From Gammaproteobacteria bacterium (GTDB taxonomy: Bacteria; Pseudomonadota; Gammaproteobacteria; Eutrophobiales; Eutrophobiaceae): 64,000 bases of DNA. The notes beneath the pieces were generated by a model. It was given only the letters and a program-made list of their open reading frames with translations, was not told the origin of the DNA and did not search any database. How positions within the stretch are numbered: position 1 is the stretch's first letter; every line of letters starts with the position of its first letter. The DNA is taken from contig OZ245331.1 in assembly GCA_965226155.1 (NCBI GenBank), positions 466,681 to 530,680 on the forward strand. The letters run 5' to 3'. This document shows, piece by piece, positions 51,881 through 62,012 of this stretch. The position numbers and the translations under genes are program-made.

Positions 51881-52065
51881 AAGTAACACTTGATAAGAAA
51901 AAGTGCATGAACTCTGGCATGTGTACTCAAGCTGCTCCTAAAATTTTTGAGATGGATGATGAAGGCGAACTAGTTATTTTAATTGAAGATGTCACTGATG
52001 AGCACCTTGGGGACGTAAAAGATGCAGTTGCATGTTGCCCCACCAACGCATTGCAACTCAAGTAG
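51877..52065 (+). CDS. Small single-cluster ferredoxin ([3Fe-4S]/[4Fe-4S] type)
   Basis: 62 aa with C-x2-G-x-C…CP cysteines. Overlaps the upstream stop (ATGA). Confidence 0.7.
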   Translation: MKVTLDKKKCMNSGMCTQAAPKIFEMDDEGELVILIEDVTDEHLGDVKDAVACCPTNALQLK

Positions 52066-52973
52066 TTCCTAATTTTAATACCATCCAAGTTGATACTTTA
52101 TCGACATTTCAGATCGATACCACTGTGAATGCGAAAGATGACAAAATAGTCTGGAACACTTGGTATCCCATTGGTGTTCCATCTGAGTTAGCGTATCGTG
52201 GCGCTACACATACCCGCTTACTTGATCATGAGATTGAGCTTCAAATTAAACTGCCACATCTTTCGGCAAGATGTGGAGGCAAAACACTACCACTGATAGA
52301 ACAGCTCGGTTATGTTTGGACGACACTCGGAGATCCTGAAATTTCTCCACAAAGATTACCTGAGTATGATGAACCAGATCGGTTCGTTATGAATGTTTTT
52401 TCGAGCCCGATAAAAAGCTGCGGGTTGCGGATGGTCGATAACGTCCTCGACAATGCACATTTTCCATTTGTACATCCTGGGATTCACGGTGATGAAGATC
52501 ACTTGGAGTTGAGCACTCATGAAACCTCTGTTGATGAAAACGGGGTCCTATGGTCTCACTCTCGCGAACGCTGGTATCCGTTAACGCAATCCATGGCAGT
52601 GTATTCGTATCGTGTCTCCAACCCATATTCCGTCATACTGTTAATTCATCGACCAATAATTAAGGGACAAGAACAACGCTATGATTTCGTAGGAGTTTTT
52701 ACGCAACCTACTAGTGAGGAAAACTTTATTCTTCATAAGATGTATGCCGGTGTTAAAGAAAATTGGACGGAACAGACTCAAATGCGCGCTGATGAACAAT
52801 GGGTCGCAGTTCAGGACAAGTATGTAATCGAAAAACACAACCCCAAAAAACTCGTAATCGATGAAAATTATGAATCTTCCATTTCTTCTGTCGATACTGC
52901 CTCTCTTGCATATCGAAACTGGCTTCGAGAAAACCATGTGCAGTATGGTGTTATTTATGAGAAAAGCTTCTGA
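52032..52973 (+). CDS. VanA-like oxygenase catalytic subunit lacking Rieske cluster ligands (NdmC-like)
   Basis: Retains the WYPIG…SEL N-terminal signature and the D-x2-H-x4-H iron site (DNAHFPFVH). The Rieske CxH/CxxH positions read …LPHLSARCGGKT…. The start may be internal (GTG 52122 gives about 283 aa). Confidence 0.65.
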   Translation: MLPHQRIATQVVPNFNTIQVDTLSTFQIDTTVNAKDDKIVWNTWYPIGVPSELAYRGATHTRLLDHEIELQIKLPHLSARCGGKTLPLIEQLGYVWTTLGDPEISPQRLPEYDEPDRFVMNVFSSPIKSCGLRMVDNVLDNAHFPFVHPGIHGDEDHLELSTHETSVDENGVLWSHSRERWYPLTQSMAVYSYRVSNPYSVILLIHRPIIKGQEQRYDFVGVFTQPTSEENFILHKMYAGVKENWTEQTQMRADEQWVAVQDKYVIEKHNPKKLVIDENYESSISSVDTASLAYRNWLRENHVQYGVIYEKSF

Positions 52974-52975
52974 CG

Positions 52976-53575
52976 ATGACTACATCTAATTCTGCTCCGA
53001 TAGCACTGGAGCGAGAAGTTTTTCCCAGAAACTTAATACGTGTAGGATTCAATGACAATGAATTCGTTCTTTGGAGGGATGACAATAATAAAATACAAGT
53101 TTGGGAGGATCGTTGCCCACATCGAAGCATACGATTGAGCGCTGGACGGAATCTCGGCGATGGTATTCAATGCATTTACCATGGTTGGAAATTTAATTGT
53201 AATGGCTTCGTCATTGACATTCCCGCGGGAAGAAATCAACCGTTGCCCAAAATTAACGTGATGGTGATAGCAAGCAAAACTATTGATGGATTTGTATGGG
53301 TATCATCAGACGATGAAGTGCTTATCCCCCCTGATTTTGCTCCAGACAACAACGATGTGCTATTGCGACCTATATCCGTGAATGCTTCGGCTAAAGTGAC
53401 GCAGAATTTGCTGGACCAGGAATACGACATCACTCTGATTGCCACACCCACAAGCAATGACTTCTGCACCATTTTTGGTTATGCCCCACCTTGTGATAAT
53501 AAATCACCATTAGAAACGGCCCGCTATTGGAATAGTATGTTGACTACAACAAGACGCTTGCTAGAAACTGGTTAA
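52976..53575 (+). CDS. Stand-alone Rieske [2Fe-2S] domain protein
   Basis: CPHRS…CIYHGW motif in 199 aa with no catalytic iron motif. Starts 3 nt after the Rieske-less subunit. Confidence 0.75.
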   Translation: MTTSNSAPIALEREVFPRNLIRVGFNDNEFVLWRDDNNKIQVWEDRCPHRSIRLSAGRNLGDGIQCIYHGWKFNCNGFVIDIPAGRNQPLPKINVMVIASKTIDGFVWVSSDDEVLIPPDFAPDNNDVLLRPISVNASAKVTQNLLDQEYDITLIATPTSNDFCTIFGYAPPCDNKSPLETARYWNSMLTTTRRLLETG

Positions 53576-53580
53576 ATCTA

Positions 53581-54225
53581 ATGATCGAACTTTACGACTA
53601 TGCCCTTTCAGGTAACTGTTATAAAATACATCTGTTACTTAAGTGGCTAAAATTAGATTATAAAAAAATACCAATCGATTTCTATCCGGGTGTTGAGCAC
53701 AAGTCCGATGCCTTTCTTGAAATTAACCCACTAGGGCAACTTCCTGTATTGCGGGATGAGACATCGGTTATCCGCGATGCGCAGGCAATATTGGTACATC
53801 TGGCAACGACCTATGATAATTCGGGTAAGTGGTATCCACTAAATCACTCTGAATTGCTTGGGCAAATTCAAAGTTGGCTTGCGTTTGCTGACTCTATTAC
53901 CGCTACTTGTTCGGCTGCTCGATTACACGATGCAATGTTTTACACAATAAATATACACAAAGCCCGGCATGATGGAGAGCATTTACTAAGGATTTTGGAC
54001 GAGCATCTTTGGTTTCGTGAACAAGAAAATGCTGACTGGATCTGTACAGATAGACACCCATGCATTGCTGACATAGCATGTTTTCCCTATGTCGCACTCT
54101 GTGAAGAAGGTGGAATTTCACAACTACCATTTCCAGCAATTCAACGTTGGCTGCAAAGATTTATGCGAATTAATGATTTTGAACCAATGGCAGGGATGAT
54201 GCCACTAAAAATGGCCAGTCTTTAG
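53581..54225 (+). CDS. Glutathione S-transferase-family protein (NdmE-like position)
   Basis: A thioredoxin-like N-domain (MIELYDYALSGNCYKIHLLL…) followed by a helical C-domain, 214 aa. Confidence 0.75.
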   Translation: MIELYDYALSGNCYKIHLLLKWLKLDYKKIPIDFYPGVEHKSDAFLEINPLGQLPVLRDETSVIRDAQAILVHLATTYDNSGKWYPLNHSELLGQIQSWLAFADSITATCSAARLHDAMFYTINIHKARHDGEHLLRILDEHLWFREQENADWICTDRHPCIADIACFPYVALCEEGGISQLPFPAIQRWLQRFMRINDFEPMAGMMPLKMASL

Positions 54226-54387
54226 TTCATAATGTAATTAATTTTATACTCTGATTTGCAGTTCAGGTATAAGATAAATGTTATGATCAACATAAATCCT
54301 ATATCTTTGACTATTAATATATCCAAGCATACCATTTCTAAAAAAACCGGCAATTTGAAGAAAAAAATTATCTGAGAACTTTTTTAA

Positions 54388-55365
54388 ATGTGTGGATTAA
54401 CCGAAGAAGAAGTAAAACAGATTAAAAGCGAACTCCAACCCGAACCGTTGCTTGACAAGGGTGGGCATAAGGTTTCAAAGAGTCCTTGGGGGCCTGCAGA
54501 TGAAATCGGACGACTTAATTGGATAAAACCTGAATCTGTTCAAACGATTATATCAAAAATGGATGGTCGTCATGTCTTTGACCTCAGCGTGGATTATCGT
54601 TCGGACATGCCATCTTGGACTGAAGCAGGTGATCCTCCATTCAGTATTTGGATGACGCATACACCAAAAGGTGAGATCGCGTTTGGTCGCTCTGGTTATA
54701 GTGGTGAAATTCATAAAGAATATAGCTACTCAGGCGATGCGATTTCGATGTACACCCACTGCGGAACCCATATAGATACTCTTAACCATATGGGCTATTG
54801 GGGTAAATTTTGGAATGGCTGGACTCAGGATGAGCATTTGGGAAGTATGGTATGGACTAAAGGTGGCACTGATCGTTATCCCCCCATTATTGCAAGAGGA
54901 GTTATGCTAGATGTAGCAACTATGCATGGTGTCGATATCCTTGAAAATCATTATGAAATTACACCAAAAGATATTCAGGATACTGCAAAAAAACAAGGTG
55001 TCAAATTCCAGAAAGGAGATATTGTTCTAATCCGTACCGGGCGCATGCGCATGTGGCCAGACTTAGACTATCTTGCTGCATCGCCTGGTATAAATGTTGA
55101 TACAGCGCGATGGCTTTGTGAAGAAGCAGGCGCCATGTGCATCGCAGGTGACAACATAGGACTTGAGCCACAACCATACCATGGCCAATATGCCCCAGTA
55201 CATTGTTATATGTTCTCTACTGCCGGTAGTCAGATTATTGAAGTCGTAAACATGGAAGAGATAGCAGCAGAAAAAATATACGAATTCGCATTTATGGGTT
55301 TTCCAATGAAGATATACGGTTGCACCGGTGCACCCATGCCGTCAGTCGCCATTCCCTTGAGGTAA
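54388..55365 (+). CDS. Cyclase-family protein (kynurenine formamidase-like fold)
   Basis: HCGTHIDTLNH motif, 325 aa. Confidence 0.65.
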   Translation: MCGLTEEEVKQIKSELQPEPLLDKGGHKVSKSPWGPADEIGRLNWIKPESVQTIISKMDGRHVFDLSVDYRSDMPSWTEAGDPPFSIWMTHTPKGEIAFGRSGYSGEIHKEYSYSGDAISMYTHCGTHIDTLNHMGYWGKFWNGWTQDEHLGSMVWTKGGTDRYPPIIARGVMLDVATMHGVDILENHYEITPKDIQDTAKKQGVKFQKGDIVLIRTGRMRMWPDLDYLAASPGINVDTARWLCEEAGAMCIAGDNIGLEPQPYHGQYAPVHCYMFSTAGSQIIEVVNMEEIAAEKIYEFAFMGFPMKIYGCTGAPMPSVAIPLR

Positions 55366-55369
55366 TTAC

Positions 55370-55849
55370 ATGCTAAAACTTAAGCGTCTCGACAATATAG
55401 ATATTGTCGTTAATGACTTTCCCAAGATGGTGGACTTCTATAAGAATGTCCTTGGCCTCCACTTACACCCTCATGGCTATGAACCTGAAAAAGGCTGGGC
55501 TATGTTTATGTGTGGTGATGTAGACTTAGTATTGTTGTCTGTCCCACATGCAGATCGTGGCGAACGACAGAGGACAGGAAATTATGTGCAAGACCCTGCT
55601 GGTGTACATTCCTTTGCTATGCAGGTGGAAGATATTGACGAAGCTATTGCTGAACTGGACAAACATCAAATTCAATGGGCTGGTGAGACAAATGTCTATG
55701 GTGCTGGTGCGTTTCTTGATGGAATCCCTAGTGATGATTTTGAAGGAATTTGGTATCGCTTCCGTTCATTCTATGACCCGGAAGGAAATGTCACCCACAT
55801 TTGTGAAGTTCACCCTCCACCCGGATTTGATCGAAGTAAAGCATTCTAA
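55370..55849 (+). CDS. VOC-family protein (glyoxalase/extradiol dioxygenase-like)
   Basis: 159 aa with a VOC module pattern (…IDIVVNDFPKMVDFY…HSFAMQVEDID…). Confidence 0.6.
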   Translation: MLKLKRLDNIDIVVNDFPKMVDFYKNVLGLHLHPHGYEPEKGWAMFMCGDVDLVLLSVPHADRGERQRTGNYVQDPAGVHSFAMQVEDIDEAIAELDKHQIQWAGETNVYGAGAFLDGIPSDDFEGIWYRFRSFYDPEGNVTHICEVHPPPGFDRSKAF

Positions 55850-55864
55850 GAGATAATCTAAACT

Positions 55865-56785
55865 ATGGCGAAATTGCCCCGTTTAGCATTCTGCCTCACC
55901 ATTGGTATGGATGCGTTGTCGTTATGGGTCACCTCATTTAAAAGCACTAATGCAAGTATGATCTCTCGTGGAGAGATGGAGATAGATGGAACACGCCGCG
56001 TTCTTGCACTCTTGGATAAGTATAAAATTAATTCCACGTTTCTCGTGCCAGGTCATACAGCACTCGCCTATCCGAATCTTATTAAAGATATCATAGAACG
56101 TGGACATGAATTAGCTTATCACGGCTGGATGCATGAGGATGCTCGCGAATTTAGTATTGATGAGCAGCGCTTAATTATTGAGCGTGGGTTAGAGGCTTTA
56201 GATCACGTTACTGGTATACGGCCCCGTGGCCATGTATCACCTGCCTGGAACATGAGTGAACACACAATGGAATTAGTTGATGAATTTGGCTTTGACTTTG
56301 ACGGAAGTCGGATGTCTACAGATAATAGAGCGGTCTATGTACGTAAAAATGATCGCTGGACCCTAAATGGCGCATTTCATTTTGGTGAATTGACCGATGT
56401 AGTTGGAATTCCAGTAGCATGGGCATTGGATGATGTACCTATATTCGAATTTGCCTGGGGAGAAATCCCCGGACTTGCCCCTGCCTCTGTAGCTGAGGAA
56501 ACATGGATGGGTGAATTTGATTACGCATATGAAAATTCTCCAGGTGGCGTTTTTAACCTTACTGTCCATCCTCAATGCATTGGCCGTGGCGCGAGGATAA
56601 AAATGCTGGAACGTCTCATTGTGCATGCCACCGAGCAATCCGGGGTAGAATTTCTCCGCCAATCTGACTATGTAGATATGTGGCGAGAACTCAACCCTCG
56701 TGACGAGTGGCGATTAAAAAACCCTGAACTCGCTGGTGATGGTTCGATTTCAGCTTTACCCTCTATGGCGAAAAAAGGCGTATGA
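55865..56785 (+). CDS. Polysaccharide deacetylase (NodB-homology/PuuE-like) family protein
   Basis: 306 aa with a NodB-type …STFLVPGHTA… and His-rich blocks (HELAYHGWMHED). Confidence 0.6.
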   Translation: MAKLPRLAFCLTIGMDALSLWVTSFKSTNASMISRGEMEIDGTRRVLALLDKYKINSTFLVPGHTALAYPNLIKDIIERGHELAYHGWMHEDAREFSIDEQRLIIERGLEALDHVTGIRPRGHVSPAWNMSEHTMELVDEFGFDFDGSRMSTDNRAVYVRKNDRWTLNGAFHFGELTDVVGIPVAWALDDVPIFEFAWGEIPGLAPASVAEETWMGEFDYAYENSPGGVFNLTVHPQCIGRGARIKMLERLIVHATEQSGVEFLRQSDYVDMWRELNPRDEWRLKNPELAGDGSISALPSMAKKGV

Positions 56786-56788
56786 CTT

Positions 56789-57541
56789 TTGCAAGAGCCA
56801 CGACGAATACTGATCACAGGAGGCACTTCGCCAATAGGTCATGCGATCGTAAACCGCATGGTGGAAGAAGGTAATCGCGTTGTATTTACAGGAAGAAATC
56901 ATGAACGTGGCAATGCATTAGCAAAAACAACTAGAAGTACGTTTCTGCAGGGTGACATTTGTGATTCAAGCACAATCGACCATATCGTTCAAAGCACTGA
57001 ACAGACTCTTAGTGGCCTCGACGCATTAATTCTAAATGCCGGTGTGTTACACCGAAACACTATCTCAGCAACCAGCGATTCAGATTGGGATACAACGCTA
57101 GAAACTAACTTAATAGCCCCATTTCTTTTTGTTAAGGCGTGTTTACCCATGCTTAAAATCGGTGGTGGCACTATTGTAGCAATCACATCAGGTACTGCAT
57201 CATGGCCAGAGATGGAGCTTGGTGCATACTCAATCTCAAAACGCGCACTCCAATGTATGACTCAGATGCTCGCAGTTGAAGTCGCACCATATGGAATAAC
57301 TGTTAACGCAATTTGTCCTGGCGAAACTGATACTGGCATGTCCGCAATTACGTCAGTCAAGGAATCAAAAAACCACAAACCTCCTATTGTTCCGCCCCTA
57401 GGGCGACTTGCTACACCAGCAGATATCGCTGCGACTGTGGCTTTTTTTCTTAGTCCAGACTCTGCATTCTGTACTGGGACATCGCTTACTGTTGATGGGG
57501 GTATGCATGCATCTTTACGAGCCAGTGACGTGAACAAATGA
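56789..57541 (+). CDS. SDR-family oxidoreductase
   Basis: TGGTSPIG…NAG…Y-x3-K pattern, 250 aa. Confidence 0.85.
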   Translation: MQEPRRILITGGTSPIGHAIVNRMVEEGNRVVFTGRNHERGNALAKTTRSTFLQGDICDSSTIDHIVQSTEQTLSGLDALILNAGVLHRNTISATSDSDWDTTLETNLIAPFLFVKACLPMLKIGGGTIVAITSGTASWPEMELGAYSISKRALQCMTQMLAVEVAPYGITVNAICPGETDTGMSAITSVKESKNHKPPIVPPLGRLATPADIAATVAFFLSPDSAFCTGTSLTVDGGMHASLRASDVNK

Positions 57542-58308
57542 TTTCTGAATTATCAGGCCAAACTGCGCTTGTTACTGGAGGTACCTCAGGTATTGGACGC
57601 TCTATTGTTGAGCACTTGGCCAATGCAGGTATGAAAGTTGCCTTTACTGGACGTGACACTGATCGTGGCGCTCAAGTCTCAGCTACAGCACGGGCGACCT
57701 TTATTCGTGCTGATGCTTCTGATCGACTTCAGTGTGACCAAGCTATTGATCTTACTCTATCAAATTTACATGGCCAAATTGATCTCTTCGTCGCTTGTGC
57801 CTCGATGGTATTTGCTTCGCCATTAGAATCCACACCTGAATTAATATTTCGTGAACTTGTAGAAGTCAACCTCACTTCCACATTTCGATACTCTCGCGCA
57901 TGCTTCGATATCATGAGATCCCAGGGAAACGGCTCAATCATACACATCGTTTCAGATGCAGCACTTCGCGGAATACACCATATTCCTGTGTACTCCATTA
58001 CTAAAGCAGGAGTGCTTACGCTCTCTGAAGTAATGGCAGCCGAAGCCGCATCCTACAACATTCGTGTCAATGCCATTTGTCCGGGTGCGGTAGTCCCGGG
58101 CGTTCAAACAACACCTAAAGGGTATGAAGACCATGCTGAAGACGCTTCAACATGGGGGGCAGCACCATCAGGGCGCCATGGCACCGGAGCAGACATCAGT
58201 CAAGCTGTTCTCTGGCTCGCTTCAGATGCTGCTTCACACATAAGTGGGGCGACGATCAGAATAGATGGTGCTGCATCAGTTGCAATGCGAGATCGAGTAC
58301 GTGCCTAA
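57538..58308 (+). CDS. SDR-family oxidoreductase
   Basis: VTGGTSGIG and YSITKAG, 256 aa. Start overlaps the upstream stop. Confidence 0.85.
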   Translation: MISELSGQTALVTGGTSGIGRSIVEHLANAGMKVAFTGRDTDRGAQVSATARATFIRADASDRLQCDQAIDLTLSNLHGQIDLFVACASMVFASPLESTPELIFRELVEVNLTSTFRYSRACFDIMRSQGNGSIIHIVSDAALRGIHHIPVYSITKAGVLTLSEVMAAEAASYNIRVNAICPGAVVPGVQTTPKGYEDHAEDASTWGAAPSGRHGTGADISQAVLWLASDAASHISGATIRIDGAASVAMRDRVRA

Positions 58309-59647
58309 ATTAGTGACTGAGTTAGTTGAACAGACACTATCTCGTCTGCGTGCTACTGAACCCATAGTCCATGCATACGTGCATGTTGATGAACACCAAG
58401 TTCGCTCTACCGCTGAACAATTAGATACAATTGAGCCAAAAGGCCTTTTGCATGGAATACCTTTTGCGGTAAAAGAAGTCATAGAAGTCGCTGGGGTTCC
58501 AACATCCGGCGGTTGCACTGTACTAAAAGATCATATACCGGATAAGGATGCAACGGTTGTGCAACGCTTACGAGAGGCAGGTGCATTACTCATAGGAACA
58601 CAAATATCACATGAACTCACCTGTGGTCTTGATGAGCCACCTACACGGAACCCATGGGATATCAATTGCTATCCTGGCGGATCGAGTGCGGGTGCCGGCG
58701 TCTCTGTCGCGGTCGGATCAGCGAATTTTGCACTCGGAACTGACGCAGCTGGCTCCATAAGAATACCAGCGGCAATGACCGGTGTTGTTGGATTGAAACC
58801 AACTGCAGGTTTACTCAGTAAATATGGTGTATTACGGCAAGCGAGTGCACCTTCGATTGACAATATTGGTATTACATCACGAAACATCTCCGAAGTTAGG
58901 CAGATACTGAGCGTAATAGCTGGCCCAGATCCTGCTGATGCAATGACACTTAATTGTACTGCTAATACTGAACTCGATAATCAATCAACAAGTCTGGATA
59001 TTAAAGGAATACGGATCGCAGTTCTCGGAAAGAAAACACGGGAGTTACTTAATGAAATTTGGGTGATTGATTCGGAGATTGACGATGCATTTAATAATGC
59101 CTGTGAGCTACTACAGACAGCTGGTGTGGAATTAGTCAATATAGAATTACCAGAATTAGTAAATGCTGTACCGGCTATCGTTACTTTTTTTTCTACAGAA
59201 CTGGCTGCTGCACATCGAAAACTAATTAGTGAAAATGCCTCAAATTATCATCCAGAAGTATATACGATGCTGAAAAATTCGCTTGATACTCCCGCAAGTG
59301 CTGTAATGGATGCAGTCCAAATACGTATGCGTCTTTGTAAAGAAGTTACTGCAGCATTTATCTCTACTAATATAGATTTTTTACTTACTCCTACAACGCC
59401 ACGTGTCGCGATGCAGTTGTCTACCTTTGATCCTACAAAAGAATTGGGTAGTTTGATCCCTTACACCTGTGGATTTAACCTTACCGGTCAACCAGCGGTT
59501 AGCATACCTTGTGGATTCACATCTACCGGGCTGCCAATAGGACTTCAGATTGTCGGTTTACCCTACAATGACACAAACGTACTCCGTTTTGCCCAAGCCT
59601 ATGAACAACATACTTCGTGGCACAAACAAACACCTTCAATTATCTGA
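58265..59647 (+). CDS. Amidase (amidase-signature family)
   Basis: GGSSAGAGVSVAVGSANFALGTDAAGSIRIPAA signature. The true start is probably GTG 58301, because 58265 overlaps the SDR gene. Confidence 0.85.
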   Translation: MVLHQLQCEIEYVPKLVTELVEQTLSRLRATEPIVHAYVHVDEHQVRSTAEQLDTIEPKGLLHGIPFAVKEVIEVAGVPTSGGCTVLKDHIPDKDATVVQRLREAGALLIGTQISHELTCGLDEPPTRNPWDINCYPGGSSAGAGVSVAVGSANFALGTDAAGSIRIPAAMTGVVGLKPTAGLLSKYGVLRQASAPSIDNIGITSRNISEVRQILSVIAGPDPADAMTLNCTANTELDNQSTSLDIKGIRIAVLGKKTRELLNEIWVIDSEIDDAFNNACELLQTAGVELVNIELPELVNAVPAIVTFFSTELAAAHRKLISENASNYHPEVYTMLKNSLDTPASAVMDAVQIRMRLCKEVTAAFISTNIDFLLTPTTPRVAMQLSTFDPTKELGSLIPYTCGFNLTGQPAVSIPCGFTSTGLPIGLQIVGLPYNDTNVLRFAQAYEQHTSWHKQTPSII

Positions 59648-59668
59648 TCGCACTGGAAGCAAATCTAA

Positions 59669-60874
59669 ATGAATAACAATTTTCATATAACTTCATTAAA
59701 AGAGATTATTGCCCTGGGTGTTCTGGGTGTTGCAGGTAATATTGCAGTATTTATTTTACCAGTGATTGTTGGGGCTTTGGTCGATTATGTAAATTTATCA
59801 ATCCAACAAGCTAGCTACGTAGCCTCTGCAGATATGTTCGGGCTGGGTATCGGTACACTAGCATGGTCACGATTTATTTTAACAAGCAATTGGAGGATTT
59901 TTGCTTTTGCATCAGCAGTATTACTTTTCCTAGGCAACGTGTTTTGTGGGATTTCTGATACTTTTCTTGCTGTTGGTTTAAGTCGATTTGTTGCGGGTAT
60001 CGGTGCGGGACTAATGCTGACAATTTGTGTTTCCGGTTTAGCTCAGACAGCTAACCCAGATAGAGTGATGGGACTATTTGGCATGGTCGTAACAGCGGTT
60101 GCTGCATTATGTCTTTTCATTTTTCCTTTCTTATTGGTCGAGAGTGGTTACAAGGGAATGTTTTTTGCACTTGCAGGATTTGCTTGTTTGGGCAGCGTAT
60201 CTTGCTGGTTTATCCCAAAATTTTCCTTAGTCAAAGACAATTCAAAGGGAAATAAAGTACCTGAAGAAAAAATAAAATCATCAACACATACATCGCTTCT
60301 AAATCGTACAGTTACTTTATTTGGTGTATTCCTTGCCTTTTTTTGCATGTCATTATTCTTAGTATATTTAGAAAGAGTTGGCGTTTCGAATGGGTTTGTT
60401 GTAAGCCAAATTTCTGTTGGATTGGGTACCGCACAGTTCACAGGTGTATTCGGAGCCATGACTGCAGCTATCATCTCAACTCGATTTGGGAATCGCATGT
60501 TCCCTATGATGTTTGCCATTGCAATGCCATTATTTGGGGCAATGGTTATTGCAGCCACCTCGAGTTTCTCTTTATATCTGATATCTGCAAGTGCACTAAT
60601 TTTTTGTTGGAGCATGCTCTATCCCTATGTCATAGGATTATTAATTTCATTAGATGCAACAGCAAAACTTGTCACATATGCCCTAGTCGCAATGACTTTC
60701 AGTAAATCTTTGAGTCCAATTCTAGGGGCCTTCCTTGTCACTGAAACTGATTTTTCTACAGCTTATTGGTTTTGTGCCGGTGGCTTTGCATGTTCAGCTA
60801 TTTTATTTTTACCTGCAATTATTATTTCTGACAAAGATTTAAAAAAATTTACAAGAAGCAACGCGTTAATCTAA
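59669..60874 (+). CDS. MFS transporter
   Basis: 401 aa with 12 hydrophobic segments. Confidence 0.75.
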   Translation: MNNNFHITSLKEIIALGVLGVAGNIAVFILPVIVGALVDYVNLSIQQASYVASADMFGLGIGTLAWSRFILTSNWRIFAFASAVLLFLGNVFCGISDTFLAVGLSRFVAGIGAGLMLTICVSGLAQTANPDRVMGLFGMVVTAVAALCLFIFPFLLVESGYKGMFFALAGFACLGSVSCWFIPKFSLVKDNSKGNKVPEEKIKSSTHTSLLNRTVTLFGVFLAFFCMSLFLVYLERVGVSNGFVVSQISVGLGTAQFTGVFGAMTAAIISTRFGNRMFPMMFAIAMPLFGAMVIAATSSFSLYLISASALIFCWSMLYPYVIGLLISLDATAKLVTYALVAMTFSKSLSPILGAFLVTETDFSTAYWFCAGGFACSAILFLPAIIISDKDLKKFTRSNALI

Positions 60875-60950
60875 TTTATTTAAATAACCTTATGTAAATA
60901 TTAGTTAAAGCCACCGACACTTAACAGTACCCTATTAAACGTTTGATTTA

Positions 60951-61163
60951 TTATTGTTTTAACTTTTTAAGGGCTTCTTGAACGATGGGCTCCAAGTCTT
61001 CTCCATTTTCTTTCAGATGTTGAAGTATCTGATTTCGCATGCGCGGATCCCAGAATTTTTTTATGTGATTTGCAATTCCTGTTACAGCTTCGTTATGTAC
61101 TGGTTCACTACTAAAAAAGTTTCCAATATCATTTGCCATCTCTACCAATCTTCGTATTCTCAT
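60951..61163 (-). CDS. fdsD: Formate dehydrogenase delta subunit (FdsD-like)
   Basis: 70 aa (…IANHIKKFWDPRMRNQ…), positioned after fdhD as in fdsGBACD operons. Confidence 0.55.
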   Translation of the reverse strand: MRIRRLVEMANDIGNFFSSEPVHNEAVTGIANHIKKFWDPRMRNQILQHLKENGEDLEPIVQEALKKLKQ

Positions 61164-61174
61164 AATTCTATAAT

Positions 61175-62008
61175 CTATTTTTTTATCCGGTCACCACAAT
61201 TGTAAACAACATGAGAATGTTCTCTTGCAAAATCTACCAGAGTAAGTTCGCATTCTGTTGCAAGACGGATTGCTAACGCTGTAGGTGCAGAAATAGCTGC
61301 CATAAAACAAATACCAGCCAATGCTGCCTTTTGAACCATCTCAAAACTCGCGCGGCTAGTAATTATAAGAAAACCTCTATCAAGATTAATTGTGGTTTCA
61401 GCAGTTTTTATCGCGCCAATTAATTTATCCAGTGCATTGTGACGGCCCACATCTTCTCGCATTAATAATATATCTCCACTTAGATCCAGCCAGCATGCCG
61501 CATGTACAGCACCGGTTAGTATATTTAATGATTGCAATTGCATAATAGATTCAAGACCATGGTGTAATACATCTGCGTCGATACTAACACCTGGACCAAC
61601 TATGGAAGGATGGCGTATAGCACCATCCAAAGACGTTGCTCCACATATACCACAACCGGTACAACCAGCAATATTTCTAGTCCGTTCTTGTAAACCAATA
61701 GCATTCTCTTTAGGAATTGTTATATGTAGTTCGATTCCATTTTCATGCTGCTGGATATCAAGCTTGTGAATTTCATTAGGAGCTACAACTATTTCTTCAC
61801 TTAAGGTAAATCCGATAGCAAAATCTTTAATGTCAGTTGGTGTCGCGAGCATGACTGCATAAGGAATTCCGTTATACATAAATGCGATTGGGATTTCTTC
61901 TGCAATCTGATCACTAGCAGATTCATAAGATCCAGATTTCCAGCGCTCTACCTTGAAGGATGAGCTTCCTTTACTATTATCCAATAAATTTTCATCAGAC
62001 AACATCAT
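61175..62008 (-). CDS. fdhD: Formate dehydrogenase accessory sulfurtransferase FdhD/FdsC
   Basis: …TGCGICG… followed by C-terminal SRASFEMVQKAALAGI…AISAPTALAIRLA blocks. Confidence 0.8.
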   Translation of the reverse strand: MMLSDENLLDNSKGSSSFKVERWKSGSYESASDQIAEEIPIAFMYNGIPYAVMLATPTDIKDFAIGFTLSEEIVVAPNEIHKLDIQQHENGIELHITIPKENAIGLQERTRNIAGCTGCGICGATSLDGAIRHPSIVGPGVSIDADVLHHGLESIMQLQSLNILTGAVHAACWLDLSGDILLMREDVGRHNALDKLIGAIKTAETTINLDRGFLIITSRASFEMVQKAALAGICFMAAISAPTALAIRLATECELTLVDFAREHSHVVYNCGDRIKK

Positions 62009-62012
62009 TTTA

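Noticed and set aside
52032-52121. The first 30 codons of the Rieske-less oxygenase ORF as genuinely coding
   Set aside because: This segment overlaps the ferredoxin gene by 34 nt and lacks a ribosome-binding site. GTG 52122 gives a product length (about 283 aa) matching NdmC-type subunits. The longer ORF is kept as the feature boundary only because the start cannot be resolved from sequence alone.
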